Shown here piece after piece: positions 53,044 through 64,000 of a stretch of 64,000 bases of DNA. Origin of the DNA: Felis catus (lineage: Eukaryota); NCBI RefSeq assembly GCF_018350175.1, contig NC_058381.1, positions 2,294,001 to 2,358,000 on the forward strand, written 5' to 3'. The position numbers were made by a program, and so were the translations under genes. The notes beneath the pieces were generated by a model. It made no database searches. It was not told the origin of the DNA and was given only the letters and a program-made list of their open reading frames with translations. How positions within the stretch are numbered: the stretch's first letter is position 1; every line of letters begins with the position of its first letter.

Positions 53044-54701
53044 ATGGCTTCCGCGGTCTGGGGAGTGCGCCCTGGTGGGGCCCGCCGCCCCCAGCCCCCG
53101 CCCGGCCGCTCACGGACATCGACTTTTGCTCTGGGGCGCAGCTGCAGGAACTAACCCAGCTGATCCAGGAGCTGGGTGTGCAGGAAAGCTGGAGTGACGC
53201 GCCCAAGCCGGGGCCAGACCTCCTCCGGGCCAAGGACTTTGTCTTCTCTTTGCTGGGTAAGTAACTCTCCCTGCCTTCGGGTGCTCGCAGCTCTCAGTCC
53301 TGCCCCGTCCAGTCCCACCCCGCCCCGCCCCGGCCTGGCCCGGCTTTGGGTCGTGCCCTCCCGATCCTGTCTTTTCTTGTAGGTCTTATTCACCGCCGGG
53401 ATCCCCGCTTTCCTCCCCAAGCGGAGCTCTTGCTGCTTCGTGGCGGGATTCGCGAGGGCTCCCTGGATCTGGGACCTGCACCCTTAGGTCCCTACGTCCG
53501 GGGACCTCATTACGACGCCGGCTTTACACTCCTAGTGCCCGTGTTTTCGCTAGACGGCACCGGGCAGGAGCTGCGACTGGACGTGGACTCCTCTTACGCG
53601 TGGCTGTGCCTCCCAGAGCGCATACGCGGAACCTCGGTCCGGGAGGCATGGCAGGATTGCCTAGGACCTCCAGTCCCAGGAGGACGTGATTCCACCCACC
53701 GAACCGAAAGTGAAGGAAGTCCCAAGAGCCAGCAAAGCTCCGTGGACCAGCCGCACGGTTCTGTCACTGAGGCTGATCCAAACGTGGCTTTGGAAAAATC
53801 ACCTCCTAACGTTTCGGGGCAAGAGCCGCCTGGGCAAGGCATCATGGATCTTGGCTTTCCCACCCCGCTGGAAAACCTGAATGGTGACGTCACGAAAGCA
53901 GCCGTCGTTAGCCCAGGCCTGCAGCAGACGGAGGGGTGGGAGGCATGGCCCACACTTTGCCCCGCCCAGGTGGCCGCGTGGTTCTTTGCCTCACTGGCCG
54001 CGGTCGCCGAGTCCCTGTGCCCGGTCCCGGGTGCCCCGCGCTTGGTTCACGCAGCCCGCCACGCGGGATTCACCACCGTCCTCCTGGCTACGCCGGAGCC
54101 CCCGCGCCACCTCCTGCTCTTCGACCTGATTCCCGTGGTGTCGGTGGCCGGCTGGCCCGAGGGCGCTCGGAGCCACTCGTGGGCCGGCCCGCTGGCCTCC
54201 GAGTCGTCATCCTTCTACCTGGTGCCTGGCGGCCACAGCGAGCAGCCAGGCGCCTCCGGCTGGCAGCTCTGCTTCGCCCGCCAGGAGCTGGCGCTCAAGG
54301 CGCGCATACCCGCTCCGCTGCTGCAAGCGCACGCGGCGGCCCAGGCGCTGCTGCGCCCGCTGGTGGCCGGGACCCGGGCCGCGGCGCCCTACCTCCTGCG
54401 GACGTTGCTCTACTGGGCGTGCGAGCGGCTGCCCGCGCTCTATCTCGCGCGGCCGGAGAACGCGGGCGCCTGCTGCCTCGGGCTGCTGGATGAGCTGGGC
54501 CGTGTGCTCGAGGCCGGGACGCTGCCCCACTATTTCCTGAGCGGCCGAAAGCTCCGTGCGGGGGATGGCGCCGCTGGGCTGCTCGGGGCGTTGGCCGGGC
54601 TCCGCGGGGACCCTGCCCGCGCCCTGCGCGCCGCGGTGGAGGAGGCCAAGGCTGCGCGCAAGGGGGGCGGCTTAGCTGGCGTGGGAGGCGGGGCCCATTA
54701 A
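53044..54701 (+). CDS. TMEM102: TMEM102 (CBAP; Mab-21-like fold), frameshifted at codon 7 in this sequence
   Basis: Coding exons 53044-53256 (213 nt, one short of frame-consistent) and 53383-54701. ATG gives MASAVWG. The shifted frame from 53064 reads [24 protein letters not shown]...KDFVFSLL and splices in phase to [15 protein letters not shown]...[12 protein letters not shown]. Restoring one G gives 510 aa. Confidence 0.9.
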
Positions 54702-55514
54702 AGACGCTGCTCCTACCCGCGTGGAAAGTGCTTCTGTTGGCTGGCGGGGTGTGGTGGGGGGCCGCCGGCCCCTCGCCTGGAAGGCAGGCTGAGCGTCCTG
54801 GGCCCGAAGATCAGTCTAGAAGGCTTCCTCGCGGGTCGTTCCCCACCCTCCTGCCCCGTCCCCGGGCCCTGACCTGTGGTCGTCCCACTTCTGGCCTCTC
54901 TGCTCCCCAGATCTGTGGCCAGCACCCCTCCCCGCCCGGTGCTTCCTCAGGCAACCATCTTCCCCAATTCTTATGGTCTTTTCTCTTAGGAGTCAATAGG
55001 GAAGGGGGAGGGGGGCATATTGCTGACAAAACGCAGAAAGAAGGCACGGAGACCAGGGACTGACCAATCTGGCTCACACAAAATCGGAGATTAAGAAGGC
55101 CGGATTCGGCCCCAGGCTAGACCTCACCACCACCTCTACCTACTCTCCCCCACTTTCCCCCTTCAGTTCTGCTCTCCCATCCGGGGCAGTAGGGTCCCCT
55201 TCTCCATTCTCCCAGCGTCCGCCATTCCATCCATCTTAAGCCCAACCTCTCCTCCCATCCAGGGATCCGCTCAGTGGAGTCGCCTCCTTGCCCCTCCTCC
55301 TCTGAACCCCAAGACGTGCGGCCTTGCCTCGGCTCCGCCTGCCTCTGAGACCGTCCCCACTCCCTGCCTCCGAGGAACCCCGGGGTTCCTCCCGCCCGGC
55401 TTCACCCCCCCCTCCTCCTTCCCGGCGTCTCCGCCCCCTGCCCCGCCCCCGGGCCGGCTCTCGGAGGAGGGGGAGCCGCTGTCGCCGCCGCTGCCTCAGC
55501 TCCCCACTGCCGCT

Positions 55515-55535
55515 GCCGCCGCCGCCGCCGCCGCC
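55515..55535. repeat. (GCC)7 trinucleotide repeat in the CpG island upstream of FGF11
   Basis: Read directly from the sequence. Confidence 0.9.
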
Positions 55536-58018
55536 GCTCTGCTGGGTCCAGCCGCCAGGCCCGGGGCTCTGACTTCGCCGGACCAGGGCGCTCTGCGGAG
55601 ACACCCTCCCTCCTTCCTGGGGGTCCGGGGCGCCTAGCCCGGCGTGGAGGGAGGCTCCGCTCGCGAGGGACAGGGAGGGAGGAGCCTGGAACCAGAGCCA
55701 GAGCCACCCGTCGCCGGATCAACAAGACAGGACAGGTTGAGGGGCGTCGGGGAAGGAAGAGGGTGCTATAGGCTGTCCCGGGGAAGCCCTGTCGCAGAAA
55801 GCTCTGAGGCGCCCTGACTTGTAGGGAGCCTGTTCACATTCGGGGACTGGTGATAACGTGGGTGCACGCCTCTCGGGGGGCTGGTTGGATTGGAGGGCGT
55901 GGGATCTAAACAAGCACCAGCTGTCCCCGAGGAAATTAAGGGGCAACCCGGGGGTGGGGGGGGGGGAAGCGGGAAACAACGGATGCTCCTTGTGGCGAGG
56001 TGACAGAGGCCCTCCAGACAACCACCTACCTGGTGAACCCACTAGGAAGGGTGGATTTGGAGGTGACTTCAAAAGGAGTGGGGGGTAACAAGGTGAGGAA
56101 GGGGGTTCAGCAGCTGGGAACCATGTGAAAAAAAGGTATTGCCCAGAGACAGGGTCGGGGAACCCCTAATCGCTGAGCGGGGGACAGCCTGGGCTTTCCC
56201 AGACATAGTTTTGGGGACTTCAGGGGAAAAAAGTGGGGACCCACTTAGAAGGTGGCAAAGACACCAAGGTTGGGTTCCTCCCTGACATTGGCAGTGCCCC
56301 AGTAGGGATGAGTCAAAGCTAAGGACCCACACCCTTTAGATTACAAGGGTGGGTTTGGCAGGAGTGCGGGTCCCCAAAATAGGGTGGAAAGGTGCTTGGG
56401 GGTATTGCAACCACATCTTGGAAATTTTGAGGGTCTTGACTTTGGGATAAGGGAAGAGGGGACAGGGACACCGGAGAACAGGGAAAGGGGGTAGTTTTCA
56501 GTAGGGGGCAAAAGTCCAGGGTGGGGTCAACAGAGATACATAGGCTGCTGGGTCCAGTGGGGCTAGCACGGGGCCCAAGGGTGGGAGCTGGCGGCCGAGG
56601 GGCGGCGGGGGGCAGGGGCCCTGGGGCTTATCCTCAGCTCCAGTGGGTGGGGCGGTGAGTTGGGACCCCAGCGTCAAGAGCATGCCCCGGTGAGCNNNNN
56701 NNNNNNNNNNNNNNNNNNNNNNNNNNNNNNNNNNNNNNNNNNNNNNNNNNNNNNNNNNNNNNNNNNNNNNNNNNNNNNNNNNNNNNNNNNNNNNNNNNNN
56801 NNNNNNNNNNNNNNNNNNNNNNNNNNNNNNNNNNNNNNNNNNNNNNNNNNNNNNNNNNNNNNNNNNNNNNNNNNNNNNNNNNNNNNNNNNNNNNNNNNNN
56901 NNNNNNNNNNNNNNNNNNNNNNNNNNNNNNNNNNNNNNNNNNNNNNNAGCGGGGTCTCCGGGTCTGGGAGGTTGAGGCCAGGGACGCCGAAGGATGGGGC
57001 CCGACTGAGGGGGGCTCCCCGAAAGTGAGAGGTGGGGTGGGCCAGGACGACACAGTTCCTGCCAGATCGTGCCTCAGTTTCCCTTCTCTTTTGCCCATAC
57101 CCCCGAGTCTCCTTGCTGTCGAGGGCAAGGGGAAGGCTTGAGGGGCTAGGTCTGGCGCTCCGAAGCCTCGCGGCTCCGGCTCGGCCCCCCACTCCTCCCC
57201 CCCAACACAGGAGTCCCCACCCCCACCGTCCGCCGCCTACGTGCCGGCTCTCGCGATTCTTTCAATCCCGAGCGCAGGGGCCTGGGGGTTCCGGACGCCT
57301 GGGTCACCCCGAGGGTTTCTGCAGCTCTGGCAGCCCCGCCCCCGCCCCGGTTCTCCCGCCCCTCCACGCCTTGGCTCGGTTCCCGCTGGCCGAGCCTGCC
57401 TGGCGCGGCGCCAATCTCCCCAGCTCTCCCCCGGGTGTCCTTGCAGCTACCTCGCCAGCCCGCCCCTCTGTGCGCCCGCCTCTGTGACCTGCGCTTCGAG
57501 AGGGGAGCCGGCCACCCCCCCCATTACCCCCTACGCGACTCCGAAGGGGGCTCCCACACGATCGGGGGACCCTCCGGCGCGAGCAGCTCCGACCCAGTAT
57601 AGGGCTGGAGACCCGCTGGGAGACTGGGGGGTCGTACCACCTACAAGGGGGTACAGGGAAGTCGGCCGAGCGCAAGCGACGGGGGAAGGAGAGTTGTGAG
57701 GGTTAGCGCGTGGTCCCCGTCCAGGCGCGGCTGGCAGGAGGCCCTCTGGCCCCGCTCCCGCCGGCTCCCAGCTCCCCCAGGGGCAGCCCCCTCGTGCCCT
57801 CCTCCCCCCGCCGCCGGCCCTCCGCTTGGTACAGTCCGCAGCCCACCCTCTGAGTGGGACCCGGCCCCCACGTGACTCAGCCTGCCTCGCCAGCTCCCCG
57901 GCCCCCTTCTCCGGTTTCCTCGCTTTGGTACCGCACGTCCCCCACCTCAGGCGGGTTACCTGGCTGAAAGGGAGAGGCTGAGCCTCGGGGAGGGCTGGGC
58001 CCCCCGCGAGCCAGCAGA

Positions 58019-58045
58019 CTGACAGACAGACAGACAGACAGACAG
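58019..58045. repeat. (GACA)n tetranucleotide repeat in FGF11 intron 1
   Basis: Read directly from the sequence. Confidence 0.85.
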
Positions 58046-58665
58046 ATGGGTCAGTGTCAGACAGGCCGGCACTGGGCCAAGGCAAGGCCCGCGCCAAGCG
58101 AGCGGCAGCCGCAGCAGCAGGTGCTGAGTCAGCGTCAGCCCCAGCCCCACCCCCACTCCCGAGGGGGCGCCCCTACCCCGTGGTCACCTGGCCGCCCCCC
58201 ACGGCCGCAAGCACACTGCCCCTTCGGCGGTCCAGCCTGGCGCCCTCCGCCCTCTGCCTTTGGATGGATCTCCCCTTCCTTTTCCAACTCTTCTCCCCTC
58301 CCCCACTGGTGGTTGAGCTGTAGGGTAGGAATTAAGCCATTTAAATAAATTTCAATAAATTAAACAGAAAGCTGGGGGTTAGAGGAAGCAGAAGGGCCCC
58401 ACCCCCCAGCTTCCTCCCGAGTCAAAGAGAGGTGGCTGAGAGCGTGCTTAGAGGGGCTGAGGGCTGGGGCCCTGGGACCTGCGTCCTCCCCTCCATTCTC
58501 CCCTGGTTCNNNNNNNNNNNNNNNNNNNNNNNNNNNNNNNNNNNNNNNNNNNNNNNNNNNNNNNNNNNNNNNNNNNNNNNNNNNNNNNNNNNNNNNNNNN
58601 NNNNNNNNNNNNNNNNNNNNNNNNNNNNNNNNNNNNNNNNNNNNNNNNNNNNNNNNNNNNNNNNN

Positions 58666-60352
58666 CATCCAGGGCACCCCAGAGGACACCAGCTCTTTCA
58701 GTGAGAGAGGAAGCCAGCTGCTGGGGGGGAGGGGAGGGGAGAGCGGGGCTAGGAGGTGGCCATCCTGTGCCTGCTTCAAGTGCTGTCATTCTCCGTCTGG
58801 CTCTTTGACACCCCCCCTCCCACCACCACCACCACCAAGGGAAGCAGGGGAGCCAGGATGGGGGTCTGAGGCTCGGGACACTGATGCCCCCTCTCTCCAC
58901 CCCCAGCCCACTTCAACCTGATCCCCGTGGGGCTCCGTGTGGTCACCATCCAGAGTGCCAAGCTGGGTCACTACATGGCCATGAACGCCGAGGGGCTGCT
59001 CTACAGCTCGGTGAGACACTGAGGCCGAGTGGCCAGGGGATCGCCGCCCCTGCCAGGGCTCCCCAGCTACAGCCTTACCTACCGCTAGGACTCCCTCTCC
59101 CTCCAGCTCTTGCCGATGTGCTGTTATTGCCCACCGCAGAGCACCTCCGCTAGGGTCCCCCCCATCCCCGCTGCCTGCGTAGCCCCCCAAGAACCACCAG
59201 GCTCTTTGGCCAACTCTTCCGGCCTTTTGGAACTCCTGCACATCCTACTCCCTCCAGATTTCATGGTTACTGAACTTCGCCAGACTCAGCCCGGAGAGGG
59301 GCTGGCAAGAGAGGCTGGAAGGAGAGTAGAGAGCAGGTATCTTCTTATTCCGGGCCCCACCCCCACCTCCTCGGTGGGGGGGGTGGGCGCTGACCAGATG
59401 CTCCCTCGTTCCCCCTTTCTCCTAGTTTCTACACGGAGTAAGAAGTCGGCCCTCCAGCCCAAAACGCAGGGGTTGTATCCTGACTGGTTCTTTTTTTTTT
59501 TTTTTTTTTTAAGTTTATTTATTTTAGAGAGAGAGAGCAGGGGAGGGGCAGAGAGAGAGAGAGAGAGAGGGAGACGCAGAATCCAAAGCAGGCTCCAGGC
59601 TCCGAGCTGTCTGCACAGAGCCCAACGCAGGGCTGGAAATCTCGAGCTGTGAGATCATGACCTGAGCCGAAGCGGGACGCTCAACCGACCGAGCCACCCA
59701 GGCGCCCCCTGGCTGCTTCTTCTCGGGGCTCCCTTCTGTCCAGTGATAAGTCTTTTCGTCTCTGTCTCTGTGTGCCTTTCTGGCTCTTTGTCTTGTCAGC
59801 CGCATTTCACAGCTGAGTGTCGCTTTAAGGAATGCGTCTTCGAGAATTACTACGTCCTGTACGCCTCTGCTCTCTATCGCCAGCGCCGCTCTGGCCGGGC
59901 CTGGTACCTGGGCCTGGACAAGGAGGGCCGAGTCATGAAGGGAAATCGAGTCAAGAAGACCAAGGCAGCGGCCCACTTTGTGCCCAAGCTCCTGGAAGGT
60001 GAGTATGGATGGACTCAAGGAAAGGACGTCGGGGGGAGGGTGCTGGCCTCGATGTGAACATTGAGTGACACACAGCTAAGGTACTAAAGAGGACACCTGT
60101 TATGAGGGCTCAAACCAGGAAGGCTCCGGCCCCTGGCCCCCGGGACTTTGGGGAGCCCTTCTCCTGTGGGTTGGGATTCCCAGAGGACGGGTGTAGGGGA
60201 TGGGAGCCCTTTCAAAGCTGATACTTCCCACGTCTCTCCGTGCCTAATTCTCCTTCCTGCTCCTCTCTCTTCCCTTCACAGTGGCCATGTACCGGGAGCC
60301 ATCTCTCCACAGTGTCCCTGAGACCTCCCCTTCCAGTCCCCCTGCCCCCTGA
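58666..60352 (+). CDS. FGF11: Fibroblast growth factor 11 (FHF3), visible part; exon 1 and the start of exon 2 lie in N-gaps
   Basis: Exon 2 tail 58666-58700 ([11 protein letters not shown]), exons 58907-59010 ([12 protein letters not shown]), 59800-59998 ([18 protein letters not shown]) and 60282-60352 ([23 protein letters not shown]). Phases are consistent. Confidence 0.96.
59491..59709 (-). mobile_element. Feliform CAN-SINE in FGF11 intron
   Basis: Poly(T), (GA)n, body and head ending GGCGCCCC. Confidence 0.9.
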
Positions 60353-62099
60353 AATGTAGTCCGTGGACTGGAGGCTCCTGGCACTTGCACGGAGCCAGCC
60401 ACAGCCACAGCCTGTCTCCCAGCCCTGCTCCCGGCCCCGCCCCCACCCGTGCCGCCACACTCATGCCCTGAGCAGCCAGGTCCCACCAGGTGCTCGATCC
60501 TGAGGGAGCCAAGGGGCTGGTTGTGACTCCCCAGGCTTCCCTGCTCCTCGGGCCTGGGAGTATAGAGAGGGGGAGGCTGACAGTGGTCCTGGCTGATCCC
60601 TTCTTTCCTTCCACACTCACAGCCCCGCAAAGCCTTTTCCCAAGAAGGCGCCCGGGTTCCCAAAATGACAGAACCAGGACATAAATATTCCCCACCCCGG
60701 GGCTCAGCCAGTTCCTGGAGCCCTATGCCCTTTTCATTGCCACTGAACCATAGATTTATAGGTCTACTGGAGCTCAGGATCAGTTTCCTTTTTTCCCTCC
60801 TCCACCTTCTGCCTTGTTCTGGACAGGTTCTGGAACACCAGGCACCCTAGCCAGGGCCCTTTTTGCACTCAGGCTCTGGGCTGGAATGCTGGCATGCTGC
60901 CAGGCTCTGTTCTGGATCCATCAGGCTTCTGTCCTTGACCCAGATGGACCCCCTGGTTTCCAGGTAGAGAGGGGCTGGGTATGAGCCCTGTCCAGCTGCT
61001 GGCCTTGGCCTGAACTAGGACCGGTCCCAGAACACCACAGTTTTAACTTTCTTATCCCAAAGACACCCACTGCTAGAGCGTGGTGTTCTAGACACATATG
61101 GAGCCATACTTCCTCCTGAATCTCGGCTCTAGGACGTAGACCAGGACTCAGCCCTTTCCTCCAGGATGGAAACGAGGCCTGAATAGCCATATTAATGCTC
61201 ATATAGAGGAAGCTCTAGACCCATACTCCTACCTTCTCTAGTAATGCGTTTCTTGGTGAATCAAGAAACACTTCTTGTTTTTCCTAGGTTTTCTAAAAAT
61301 CTGATTCTTCCTCTAGAATGAATGCTAACCTTATTTATACATGCAGTTTCTAGCTCCTGCAACTCAGCTGGGGTCCCGCCGGGGAAACAGAGTCTGAGGA
61401 AGGGCAGAGGAGTTTGGGCAGGAATCCTTGGCTCATAGTAGGGAGGTTGGGATGGGCAGGGGGCCACAACCATGGCATGTTTCGGCTGTGCTTGGGTTGG
61501 GGGGGGGACATGAACACTTAGCTACCTCAGCAGGAATTCCTCCCAGGTCCCCTTTAAAGCTGAGGTCTTTAGGGTAATGAGTCTAGAATAAAAAGGATAA
61601 GAGGAGGGACACAACCTTGATCCCCCAGTGCAGAGACCCCAGTTCAGCAATAAGTTCCACCCCACTCCCCTACAAATCAGGCCAAGGAGGGCGAGGGCCT
61701 CTCGGGGCTCTAGACCTCATATACCCCCAGAGCTTCTAACTGACTAGAACTTGCTTAACTTACAGCTTATAACCTCAGCTAAGTTTTAGGTACCCAAAGA
61801 GGGCCTGACTAGATTTTCCCAAAAAAGCGTGGAGAGCTTGGGGCAGGCCTGGAAAAGACCAGGAAGCCACCAGTGACTAGGAGGGACACTCTGAGTAGCC
61901 TCAGACCTGGGCAGGGTAGAGGAGAGGGCCCTAAAGGGAGGGGCTGGGGCTCAGAGGCTGGTCACTTTTCCTCAGGCTCTATTTCTGGCTTGTTGCAAGA
62001 GGGGCGCATATTCCCCTCACCCACACAGACCCCGCTCAGGCTCCACCCGTCTCCTGGCTCTGCTCCCAGGGGACAGGGTCTCCACTCCATGCTTTCTCA

Positions 62100-62105
62100 A
62101 TTAAA
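62100..62105 (+). terminator. Candidate FGF11 poly(A) signal (ATTAAA)
   Basis: ATTAAA about 1.75 kb after the FGF11 stop and only about 200 bp before the CHRNB1 ATG. Confidence 0.55.
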
Positions 62106-62129
62106 GACGATTTGTACAACGATTTACAC

Positions 62130-62307
62130 GTTGTCTGTCATCTGTGGGTGGCGGGCATTGGCAGTTGCTTGGGGCGGGACCAAGTCCCAGGGGCGGGGCG
62201 GGTGGGCTGGCGGCTGCCCCCCAACAACAGGTGCACATTCCTGGGCGCCTCGTCACTTCCCCTGCGCTGGCGAACGGAGCGAAGTCACTGAGCTACGCGG
62301 CCGGGCT
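62130..62307 (+). promoter_or_regulatory. CHRNB1 muscle promoter: E-boxes, M-CAT and GC box
   Basis: CATCTG at 62139, CAGTTG at 62162, CAGGTG at 62228 directly followed by CATTCCT (M-CAT/TEAD) at 62236-62242, and GGGGCGGG near 62190. E-box plus M-CAT control is established for the rodent AChR beta promoter. Confidence 0.7.
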
Positions 62308-64000
62308 ATGACCTCTGGGGCGCTGCTGCTGCTGCTGCTGGGGGCGCTGGGGGCGCCGCTCGCCCCGGGTAAGTGCGGGCCTCAGAGGAGCAGTGACAGG
62401 ACCAGGGGTCGTGGCAGGGCACGGTGGCTTCACTCAGTGCCCTCCTCTTCCAGGCGCCCATGGCTCGGAGGCGGAGGGCCGGCTCCTCGAGAAGCTTTTC
62501 TCGGGCTACGATAGCTCGGTGCGGCCGGCGCGGGAGGTGGGAGACCGTGTCGGGGTCAGCATTGGCCTCAGCCTGGCGCAGCTCATCAGCCTGGTGAGGG
62601 CGCACGCCGGGGTTCGAGGTCCGACTTGCTGAACGGCTGGGGGCGTGGCCTGGGGCGTGGCGTGGCCGTCTAGGGGCGTGGCCAGGCCGGGAGCTAGGCC
62701 GTGAGCCGAGATTGGGTCGAAATCGGACCAATGGACAAACTGTGGGCGTGGCCGCCGGACAGGCCAGGGGTGGGGCGGGCTAGGGCGGCGAGCCGGACTG
62801 CGGGCGGATCCTGAAGTGAAGCCGGGACTCCACGGCGCGCTGGGGGGCGGGTCTTGAGGCGGGGTCGCAGGCTGGGGCGGAGCTTGGTGCGGGACCGGGT
62901 CAAGAGACCACAGCTGCCGGAGATGCAGGGTTGGGTGAACTTCAGGCTGTGGGCGGGGCCGGGGGGGGTGGGCGGACTCGTAGATGAATTGGCTGGCCGG
63001 GTAGACGGCCGGAAGTTTCTGAGATAGAGGCGGGGCTCAAACCAGGGCAGCATCTTGGAGGCAGGGCTTGGACCCGAGAGAGTGGGACTCCGGAAAAAGA
63101 GGGGTTTCCAGAGGGAGCTTGACCCTCCGAGCCCCTTCATTGCTCTCTATTCACGTCACCTCTACCCTTGAAATTTTTCCCTTCTAGAACGAGAAGGATG
63201 AAGAGATGAGCACAAAGGTGTACTTAGACCTGGTACGGAGACCCCGTGGGGTGGGAAAGGGCGTCCCGCTGCCTTTACAATTTCCTCCAACGTCCCGCTC
63301 AGTAAGAGTATTATTTCTAAGAATCACGACCTCGGAGCACATGACCCAAAGGGAAGCTTCAGGAAACAATACGTATATTTACTATTAGAGTTGCATTCCA
63401 TATTCTAATTTTTTTTCACACTTTGGGTACACCAAGTTTTTTATTTATTTTTGAGAGTGTGTGTGCACAAGCAGGGGAGGGGCAGAGAGACAAGAGAGAG
63501 ACACAGAGGCGGAAGCAGGCTCCAGGCTCTGAGCGGTCAGCCCAGAGCCTGACGCGGGGCTGGAACTCACGAACTGTGAGATCATGACCTGAGCCAAAGA
63601 TTGACGTTTAACTAAGCCCCCAGGGGCCGCTTATTTGATTCCAGACCCGCTGAAGGGTCGCCAGCTGTAGTTTGAAAAACACTGTTTTAGTGGCTAGCTA
63701 GTGCCACCTGCTCAGTGGGGGAGGGGGAAATTAGCCGACGGGGTCCCAGCCAGTAAAGGTGCAGCCGGGATCAGAACACCGACTTCCAGAACCCTAGTCC
63801 CTGCCTGCCGGCTTCCCTCCCTGGCACTCCCTTCCCGGGCTTCCTTCGGCCGTCCCCAGTCCCCTCCCAGCCTCCAGCCCCGGACAGCCCCTCGGCCTCT
63901 GCTTCCACAGGGGTGGACTGACTACAGGCTGAGCTGGGACCCCGCGGAGCACGAGGGCATCGATTCACTGCGCATCGCGGCTGCATCCGTGTGGCTACCG
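62308..64000 (+). CDS. CHRNB1: Muscle nicotinic acetylcholine receptor beta-1 subunit, 5' part (truncated by window end)
   Basis: Exons 62308-62368 (signal peptide [21 protein letters not shown]), 62454-62593 ([21 protein letters not shown]), 63188-63232 ([15 protein letters not shown]) and 63911 to window end ([10 protein letters not shown]...VWLP). Confidence 0.96.
63439..63629 (-). mobile_element. Feliform CAN-SINE in CHRNB1 intron 3
   Basis: T-rich tail and GCAGGCTCCAGGCTCTGAGC.GTCAG body, with a degenerate head. Confidence 0.85.

Overview
GC-rich mammalian genomic DNA from a feliform carnivore. tRNA-derived CAN-SINEs occur throughout, and one near-intact young copy of the cat SINEC_Fc type points to Felidae. 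The gene order matches human 17p13.1: TNK1(+), PLSCR3(-), TMEM256(-), NLGN2(+), SPEM1(+), SPEM2(+), SPEM3(+), TMEM102(+), FGF11(+) and the 5' part of CHRNB1(+). I reconstructed exon-intron structures by hand from GT/AG junctions, codon phase and recalled human orthologue sequences; no database search was run. Seven N-gaps hide part of NLGN2 coding exon 1, probably the NLGN2 splice-site-A exon, FGF11 exon 1 and part of FGF11 exon 2. Main observations: (1) a paired TCATTGTGAC element sits about 95-145 bp upstream of the ATG of all three SPEM paralogues, a candidate shared spermatid regulatory module with a SOX-type CATTGT core; (2) TMEM102 carries a 1-nt deletion frameshift at codon 7, either real loss of function or a homopolymer error; (3) SPEM3 has a 5 x 60-nt coding minisatellite and a separate, indel-free 28 x 12-aa repeat; (4) the SPEM proteins share short VYDA/S and DWVYR motifs; (5) a dyad-symmetric element probably serves as the poly(A) signal for both convergent genes TNK1 and PLSCR3. 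I found no evidence for an entirely new gene.
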